From a bacterium (lineage in GTDB: Bacteria > RBG-13-61-14 > DATKZS01), in contig CAXXFL010000001.1 in NCBI GenBank assembly GCA_963674965.2, positions 256,001-320,000 on the forward strand: a stretch of DNA of 64,000 nucleotides. Direction: 5' to 3'. The notes beneath the pieces were generated by a model. It saw only the letters and a program-made list of their open reading frames with translations. It was not told the DNA's origin and did not search any database. This document shows positions 57,911 to 64,000 of the stretch, in pieces. A program made the translations under genes and the position numbers. Position 1 is the first letter of the stretch; each line of letters begins with the position of its first letter.

Positions 57911-58912
57911 TTACTCGAGATTAACCAGCAGACGCTCGAAAAAATCTCGCTCCTTTCGCGCCAGCTCGGCCAGTTCCGAGGCGGCGCGGCCAAAACCGCG
58001 CGGCTCGTCCCGTTCGCTTATCTCCTTAAGTAAATAGGCCAGCTCGGTCCAACCCCTGGCTATCTTCCGCATGGGGGCGGAGGGGGCCGCCCGCTTGAAG
58101 GCCGGATCGAGGTCTTGTATCTCCTCGAGGAAGTCCCCGTACATGAGCCGGAAGGCCCCGCCTCCGGTGCCTCGTTTTTCGATGACCTGGTAAAGCCAGC
58201 GGGCGCACCATTGCCAGTCCCGGGCCTTTTCCCACTCGGGCATGGAGGCGGCCGCTTTTTCCATGGCCCTTAGTCCGAAGAAGTCTCCCGAGGTCCCCTC
58301 TCCATCGATGAGGTCGTTGGCCTGCTTGACCAGGGCCTTTTTCACGGGGCCCGTTAAGTCCTTTATCGGCTCTCCCTTTTCGATGGGATAGTGCTCTCCC
58401 GTGTTCTTGAGTGACCCCGATCCTCCGTACCTGGCTTTTTCCAGGTCCGCGTAGGGAACTTCCTGCAAGTCGGGCCATTGGGTATCGGCCACTATGCCGA
58501 CCTTTTTCTCGTCGTCGTACCCGCACATGACGATGACGTGTCCGGCGAAGTGGGTGTTCGAGTTGTAATACCTGAGATAGGCCAGGTCGGCGCGCAGGAG
58601 GACGGGATTCCCGAGGTCGATTTGCCTCTTGGCCGAGGCGAGGGCGCGGTCCGGGTCTTTAAAGGTTATCCAGTCGAAGTCTCTTCCGAGGTTATGAAAG
58701 AACCTGGGCTCGAGGGACCGGCTCCTGGTGGCGGTCATCCTGGTGGGAGAGAGTCCGTCCGACTCGAAATAGGCGAAGCCGAGGCCGGAGCCCAGTCCGA
58801 AGCACAAGGGCTCGGACAAGGCGTGGCCATGGTAGTTCATTGCGTCGGAAATGGCGGTCGAGGCGCAGTGGTTTCCCGGCCGGTGTTTCCAGCCGGGGAG
58901 GGTCGTTTTCAT
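57911..58912 (-). CDS. BtrH N-terminal/DUF4872 papain-like protein
   Basis: HCASTA (Cys), LSEPLCFGLGSGLGF, HFAGHVIVMCGYD (His), GTGGGAFR..Y.DFL.E. Confidence 0.85.
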   Translation of the reverse strand: MKTTLPGWKHRPGNHCASTAISDAMNYHGHALSEPLCFGLGSGLGFAYFESDGLSPTRMTATRSRSLEPRFFHNLGRDFDWITFKDPDRALASAKRQIDLGNPVLLRADLAYLRYYNSNTHFAGHVIVMCGYDDEKKVGIVADTQWPDLQEVPYADLEKARYGGSGSLKNTGEHYPIEKGEPIKDLTGPVKKALVKQANDLIDGEGTSGDFFGLRAMEKAAASMPEWEKARDWQWCARWLYQVIEKRGTGGGAFRLMYGDFLEEIQDLDPAFKRAAPSAPMRKIARGWTELAYLLKEISERDEPRGFGRAASELAELARKERDFFERLLVNLE

Positions 58913-58936
58913 TTCCCGTTTGGCCGCAAGCGGAGT

Positions 58937-59737
58937 TTACTGGCTCAGCTTGCCTTGAATGATCTGGAGTTCCTTCTCCGCCCGCTCGACCTGGCTTTTC
59001 AGCTCGCAATAGTCCTTGTACTTTTTCTCCACGTCGACGAGCGAGGCTTTTTGCTGTTCCACCGAGTGCTTCAAGCTTTCGACCTGGCCGCCGAAGGGGA
59101 ACAGGCCGGAGGCGTCTCGGCTGGGGACCTCGGGCAGGGTCACGTCCACCACGCAGTCGTTCACGTCGTTCCACGCCTCGAGGTCGAAGCGGTAGAAGAT
59201 GACCGTGACTTTGCCGTTCCCGCCCACCCTGAGCGGCTCGCTCTTGATAACGTGGGGAGCGTCGATGGCCTGGAGGTCTTTTAAAAACCTTCCGGCCCCG
59301 GCCTTGGGAACGGATATTACCACCTCGAGGGGAAGGCCGATAAGATACAAGGGAAATTCATCGTCCTTGACCTCGGGAAGTGGATTGACCTGAAGGATCG
59401 ACACCCTTCCCTCGGTGGCCGAGTCGCGAATCTTGGCCTCGAGGCCGGCGGCGTCAAGCTCGGCGGGAAGGGCCAGACCGGACGCGTTTATCTGGGCTTC
59501 CAGGTCCTTCTTCTTTTTCTCCAGATCGTTCATCTTCTTAACGTCGGGCGACACCCAGCGATCCTGGAATTCCTTGATCGTCTGAAGGTCTCCCGCCAAG
59601 CTCGCCTTCAAGGTGTCGGCCTTGCTCTTTTGGTGAAGAAGATAAACCGCGGCGACCACGACGATAATAATCAGGATTACCGAGGCCACCCCTTTTTTCC
59701 AATCCACGTCCTCTAATACTTCATCCCAGTCTATCAT
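58937..59737 (-). CDS. Membrane-anchored coiled-coil protein with a PilO-like domain
   Basis: N-terminal TM, coiled coil, LP..LD...L...I...A....V.I...P, FL..L pattern; GAGG RBS. Confidence 0.5.
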   Translation of the reverse strand: MIDWDEVLEDVDWKKGVASVILIIIVVVAAVYLLHQKSKADTLKASLAGDLQTIKEFQDRWVSPDVKKMNDLEKKKKDLEAQINASGLALPAELDAAGLEAKIRDSATEGRVSILQVNPLPEVKDDEFPLYLIGLPLEVVISVPKAGAGRFLKDLQAIDAPHVIKSEPLRVGGNGKVTVIFYRFDLEAWNDVNDCVVDVTLPEVPSRDASGLFPFGGQVESLKHSVEQQKASLVDVEKKYKDYCELKSQVERAEKELQIIQGKLSQ

Positions 59738-59902
59738 TTGATTCCCCTTTCCTCCTCAAGTTCAGCTTGGCCGCTTCCCCCTCAGTGTCCATTCCGTGAC
59801 GGCGATAGAGAAGGGTTATTCCACGTTTCCCGTCGAGGGGCTAATTTACTTTAGCATTTTTTTTTCGCGCGCTCAAGTCATAAAGTTATTTTTTCTTGAG
59901 AG

Positions 59903-61348
59903 TTACGTCTCGCCGAGCTTTTTATTCAATATCTCGTTTACCACCTTGGGATCCGCCTTGCCCCTGGTTTCCTTCATCACCTGGCCCACGAAAAATCCCA
60001 TCAGCTTGGTATTTCCGGCTTTGTACTTCTCGACCTCCTTGGGATTGGCGGCAATGACCCTCTGGCAGAGGTCCTCGATCTCGCCCGAGTCGGACATGGG
60101 CTTTAAGCCTTTTTCCTCGACGATTCGGGCCGGGTCCTTGCCCGAGGCGTACATTTCGGCGAAAACCTTTTTCCCGATCTTGCCGGTAATATGCCCCGAG
60201 TCGATCATTTTAATCATCGCGGCCAGGTCCCGGGGCTGGATGGGACAATCGGATATGGGACGCCCGTCCTCCTTCATCTCCCTTAAAAGCTCGGCCATGA
60301 TCCAGTTGGCCGCCTTTTTGGGGTCGGCTCCCTCCGATACCGTCCTCTCGAAATAGTCGGCCAGGGCCTTGTCCGAGGTCAGAACGGCCGCGTCCCGGCC
60401 GGGTATGCCGTGCTCTTTTACGAACCGGCCTCTTTTGGCGGCGGGCAACTCGGGCAGGGAGGCGCGGCATTTTTCTATCCAGTCCCGGTCCACGACCAGG
60501 GGCAGGAGGTCCGGGTCCGGGAAGTAGCGGTAATCGTGAGACTCCTCTTTTCCCCGCATGGGCAGGGTCTTGCCGGCCTTCTCGTCCCAGAGCCTGGTTT
60601 CCTGTACCACCTTTCCCCCGTCCTCGATTACGCGGACCTGGCGGGCTATCTCGTACTCGATGGCGCGCTCGACGTTCCTGAAGGAGTTCATATTCTTGAG
60701 CTCGGCCTTTGTTCCCAGCTCTTTTTGGCCTTTTTGGCGCACGCTGACGTTGGCGTCGCAGCGCATGGACCCCTCTTCCATGTTTCCGTCGCAGACCTCG
60801 AGGTAGACCAGGATGTCCCGCAGGGAGCGGAGGTACGCCCCGGCCTCGGCCGCGCTTCGCATGTCCGGCTCGCTCACTATCTCCATCAGCGGCACGCCCG
60901 CCCGGTTGTAGTCGGCGAAGCTCGAGTCGGACGAGGCAAAGGAATCGTCCGAGTGCACCAATTTGCCCGCGTCCTCCTCCATGTGCAGCCGGGTGATGCC
61001 GATGGTCCTTTCCACGCCCTCGACCATCACCTCGAGGCTCCCGCGCTCGGCCAGGGGAAAGGCGAATTGAGATATCTGATAGCCCTTGGGAAGGTCCGGA
61101 TAAAAATAGTTCTTACGCTCCCAGATGCTGCGCTCGTTAACCGTAAGGCCAAGGGCCAGGCTGGTCCGAACGCTCATGTCCACCACCTCCCGGTTAAGGA
61201 CCGGCAGCACGCCCGGCTGGCCCGTGCACACCCGGCACACGTGGGAGTTGGGCGGCGCCCCGAAGGCCGTCGAGCATCCGCAGAAAATCTTGGTCCGAGT
61301 CAATAGCTGGGCGTGGACCTCAAGCCCTATCACCGCCTCGTATTCCAT
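59903..61348 (-). CDS. gatB: Asp/Glu-tRNA amidotransferase subunit B
   Basis: VIGLEVHAQL, RKNYFYPDLPKGYQISQ, HMEEDAGK, RCDANVS, YRYFPDPDL. Confidence 0.99.
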   Translation of the reverse strand: MEYEAVIGLEVHAQLLTRTKIFCGCSTAFGAPPNSHVCRVCTGQPGVLPVLNREVVDMSVRTSLALGLTVNERSIWERKNYFYPDLPKGYQISQFAFPLAERGSLEVMVEGVERTIGITRLHMEEDAGKLVHSDDSFASSDSSFADYNRAGVPLMEIVSEPDMRSAAEAGAYLRSLRDILVYLEVCDGNMEEGSMRCDANVSVRQKGQKELGTKAELKNMNSFRNVERAIEYEIARQVRVIEDGGKVVQETRLWDEKAGKTLPMRGKEESHDYRYFPDPDLLPLVVDRDWIEKCRASLPELPAAKRGRFVKEHGIPGRDAAVLTSDKALADYFERTVSEGADPKKAANWIMAELLREMKEDGRPISDCPIQPRDLAAMIKMIDSGHITGKIGKKVFAEMYASGKDPARIVEEKGLKPMSDSGEIEDLCQRVIAANPKEVEKYKAGNTKLMGFFVGQVMKETRGKADPKVVNEILNKKLGET

Positions 61349-61377
61349 CTCAAGCCTCCCGGTCTCGAGTATTCATA

Positions 61378-62835
61378 TTAAAGAGGGGGCCTCATCGAGC
61401 TCCATTCCGAGGCCGACTCGTAGGCGTGAGCCAGCTTGAAAATGACCTCCTCCTGAAAATGCCTCGCCATGATCTGCATGCCCACCGGAAGGCCGCCGCC
61501 GGTGAAGCCGCAGGGAACGCTCATGCCCGGCAGGCCGGCCAGGTTGCAGCTCAGGGTTAGAACGTCGGACATGTAAAGCGAAAGCGGGTCGCTGGATTTC
61601 TCTCCCAGCTTGAAGGCCGGCGTGGGCGTGGTGGGACAGACGACGGCGTCGACTTTCTGGAAGGCCCGGTCGAAGTCGTTCTTGATGAGGGTCCTGACCC
61701 GGCAGGCCTTGAGGTAATAGGCGTCGTAATAGCCGGCGCTGAGGGCGTAGGTCCCGATCAGGACGCGCCTTTTCACCTCGGGTCCGAACCCCTTGTCCCT
61801 CGTGGCCCGGTACATTCCGATGAGTCCGCCTCCCTCGTCCACGCGGGGCCCGTACCTCACCCCGTCGTAGCGGGCCAGGTTGCTCGAGGCCTCGCAGGGG
61901 GCGATGATGTAGTAGCAGGCCACGCCGTATTCCGCGTGGGGAAGGTCTATTGGTATCGTCTCGACTCCCAGTTCCTCGAGTCTCGATATGGCGTCCCTTA
62001 CGCGGGCCTCGACCTCGGGATCGAGGCCGGCGGCGAAGTACTGGCACGGAACGCCGACCTTCATGCCCTTGACCTCCGCGCCCAGGACCGCCTCGTAGTC
62101 GGGCGCCGGCTTATTCACCGAGGTCGAGTCGAGAGGATCGAACCCGGCGATGGCCCGCAGCATGATGGCCGCGTCCCTCGTGGTCCTGGCGATGGGGCCA
62201 ACCTGGTCCAGGCTCGAGGCGAAGGCGATCACGCCGTAGCGGCTCACTCTTCCGTAGGTGGGCTTGATCCCCACCAGGCCGCACCAGGCCGCTGGCTGGC
62301 GGATCGAGCCGCCCGTGTCCGTGCCCAGCGCTCCCAGGCACTCGCCCGCCGCCACAGCCGCGGCGGACCCGCCCGAGCTGCCGCCGGGCACGCGCTCGAG
62401 GTCCCAGGGGTTTTTGGTCGGCTTGTAGCCGCTGCCCTCGGTGGTGCTGCCCATGGCGAACTCGTCCAGGTTGAGCTTGCCCGTTATCACCGCGCCCGCC
62501 TCTTTAAGTTTCGCGGTGACCGAGGCGTCGTAGGTGGGCCGGAAGCCCTCGAGTATGCGCGAGCCGGCGGTGGTCGGGATACCCTCGGTGTTGATAATGT
62601 CCTTGACCCCGATGGGCACGCCGAGAAGGAGCCCGTCCTCCCCCCGGCCGATGGCCAGGTCGGCGCGGCGGGCCATGTCCAGGGCGGCCTCGGCGGTCAC
62701 CTCCAGGTAGGCGTCCACCCTGGGCTCGACCTCGGATATCCTGCCCAGGACCGACTCGGTCGCCTCGACCGAGCTAATATCCTTTTTCCTCAGCTTTTCC
62801 CTTAGCTCGCTGATGGAAAGCTCGTATGGCTCCAT
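61378..62835 (-). CDS. gatA: Asp/Glu-tRNA amidotransferase subunit A
   Basis: Amidase signature GGSSGGSAAAVA, GTDTGGSIRQPA, EASSNLARYDG. Confidence 0.99.
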   Translation of the reverse strand: MEPYELSISELREKLRKKDISSVEATESVLGRISEVEPRVDAYLEVTAEAALDMARRADLAIGRGEDGLLLGVPIGVKDIINTEGIPTTAGSRILEGFRPTYDASVTAKLKEAGAVITGKLNLDEFAMGSTTEGSGYKPTKNPWDLERVPGGSSGGSAAAVAAGECLGALGTDTGGSIRQPAAWCGLVGIKPTYGRVSRYGVIAFASSLDQVGPIARTTRDAAIMLRAIAGFDPLDSTSVNKPAPDYEAVLGAEVKGMKVGVPCQYFAAGLDPEVEARVRDAISRLEELGVETIPIDLPHAEYGVACYYIIAPCEASSNLARYDGVRYGPRVDEGGGLIGMYRATRDKGFGPEVKRRVLIGTYALSAGYYDAYYLKACRVRTLIKNDFDRAFQKVDAVVCPTTPTPAFKLGEKSSDPLSLYMSDVLTLSCNLAGLPGMSVPCGFTGGGLPVGMQIMARHFQEEVIFKLAHAYESASEWSSMRPPL

Positions 62836-62882
62836 TACCTTCTCCCCCGCGAAATAAGCGCCCGGGGCGTCCCGGCGCCGGG

Positions 62883-63170
62883 TTACTCGATGATCCTGGG
62901 CACCTTGAAAAAGCGGTCTTCCCTGTCCGGCGCGTTGTCCAAAAGGCGCTCGGGATCCTCGGCCGTTTTGACCTCGTCCTCCCTGAAAGCGTTCACCACC
63001 TCGATGGCGTGGCGGGTGGGCTCGACGCCATCGACGTCAAGCTCGTCGAGTTTCTCGAAATAATCGAGTATACGGCCGAGCTGGCCCGTGAACTCCTCGG
63101 TCTCCTCCGGGGTCAAGGCCAGGCGAGCCAAATTGGACACGCGTTCGACTTCCACTATGGATATCTTCAC
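62883..63170 (-). CDS. gatC: Asp/Glu-tRNA amidotransferase subunit C
   Basis: GTG start after GGGAG; V.NLARL, FRED, NAP, FKVPRIIE; 95 aa. Confidence 0.96.
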   Translation of the reverse strand: MKISIVEVERVSNLARLALTPEETEEFTGQLGRILDYFEKLDELDVDGVEPTRHAIEVVNAFREDEVKTAEDPERLLDNAPDREDRFFKVPRIIE

Positions 63171-63418
63171 CTTAGCTACTCCCTGATAAAAAAATGAGGC
63201 GGCCAAACCGCCCCTTCAACGGCCACGCTCGAATCCCTAAAGGTTTTTAAAGATTATCATAAGGCCGGCGACCCTTCAAGAAATTACGGCGGGACGCCAT
63301 ATAAAAAGTCCCTTTCCGCTCTTGTGCTTAGGTTGGGTCACGAAGCGAAAAGGGACCTAAAATTCAGGTTTCGAAATTATATACCACGGCCGGGGCCAAA
63401 AATGCAAATCGAGATGGA

Positions 63419-63880
63419 TTAACCCTCCATTTCCTCCTTGACGAAGGGCAGCCGAAGCAGGGACTCGATCTTCTCGATGGCCGCGTTTCTCTCTTCCCCC
63501 TCCATGTGGTTCCTTACTTTTCTGGCCAGTCTTTCCAGGGCGTCCGCGTAAGTACCCCGGCCCGGCTCGTCGGCCTCGGAAGCGGACGCCTGGCCGGAGT
63601 CCGGATCGGACACGGGAAACACCGAGTCCATAAGCGCCTGGTCGTTTAGTAGTTCCTCTCCGGCCTCGTGTATCCTGACCAGGTGAATCTCGGGGTAGAC
63701 GGCGCCGGTGGGATAGCTGGTGGCGAGGCGGACGAACCCTTTGTCCTCGAGGAAAAAAAGGTTCTTAAACACCGTCCGGGCGTCGGTCCCCATCGTTTCC
63801 ACCAGCTCGGTGAACCTTATCCTGCCGGCCTTGCCGGACAGGGCGGCCAACACCTTGCGGCTGAGTTCGTTGTTAGTCAT
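63419..63880 (-). CDS. Hypothetical protein with winged-helix-like N-terminus
   Basis: GGAGG RBS; VFKNLFFLEDKGFV wHTH-like pattern. Confidence 0.65.
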   Translation of the reverse strand: MTNNELSRKVLAALSGKAGRIRFTELVETMGTDARTVFKNLFFLEDKGFVRLATSYPTGAVYPEIHLVRIHEAGEELLNDQALMDSVFPVSDPDSGQASASEADEPGRGTYADALERLARKVRNHMEGEERNAAIEKIESLLRLPFVKEEMEG

Positions 63881-64000
63881 CTGATTGCCTCCCGCTCGTC
63901 CCCTTTTCTTTCGCCGATCCGAACGACGACAATGTTATCATCCGGACGCGCCCGATTCAACGGGCAAGACGGGTGGAAAAGATTTTTTCCCACTCGGGAC

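Noticed and set aside
2269..62805. Many long antisense or alternate-frame ORFs (e.g. 2269..3783, 7555..8499, 21224..22423, 27089..28255, 60410..61306)
   Set aside because: Typical stop-poor shadows of GC-rich genes, without motifs or RBS
63180..63418. T-box or other leader RNA upstream of gatCAB
   Set aside because: No T-box consensus or terminator/antiterminator pair seen

Overview
GC-rich (roughly 60% by eye) bacterial chromosomal DNA. Gene content suggests an anaerobic deltaproteobacterial-type (Desulfobacterota/Myxococcota-like) organism; this is an inference. 1-9.2 kb: a corrinoid methyl-transfer cluster (URO-D-fold protein, corrinoid protein, URO-D-fold protein), then exported proteins (Svf1/AttH-like, GxGYxYP-like, DUF2314, type-B carboxylesterase). 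9.2-13.9 kb: a lower-GC accessory zone with a GH27 alpha-galactosidase and a tightly packed set of gene fragments (IS4 end, tyrosine recombinase, PAPS-reductase-like, IS481, membrane protein). 13.9-64 kb is core-like: DUF362/polyferredoxin, ftsEX-envC, a GH106-PfkB-YabN_N-GDPD-rbsK operon, a coupled pentapeptide-queH-Ser/Thr kinase operon, an ECF sigma cassette, efp/pepP, rpmB, a GH-D-clan-like hydrolase, trpDC, GT4-MOSC-moaA-mog, rmlA-like, BtrH-like and gatCAB. No rRNA, tRNA or CRISPR array was seen. The main unexplained signals are a strongly iterated CTCGAG palindrome (about 125 copies by hand count, absent from the low-GC segments), three unrelated REP/REPIN-like inverted-repeat elements, the fragment mosaic, and several unusual translationally coupled operons. 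All product calls come from motif recognition, not database searches.
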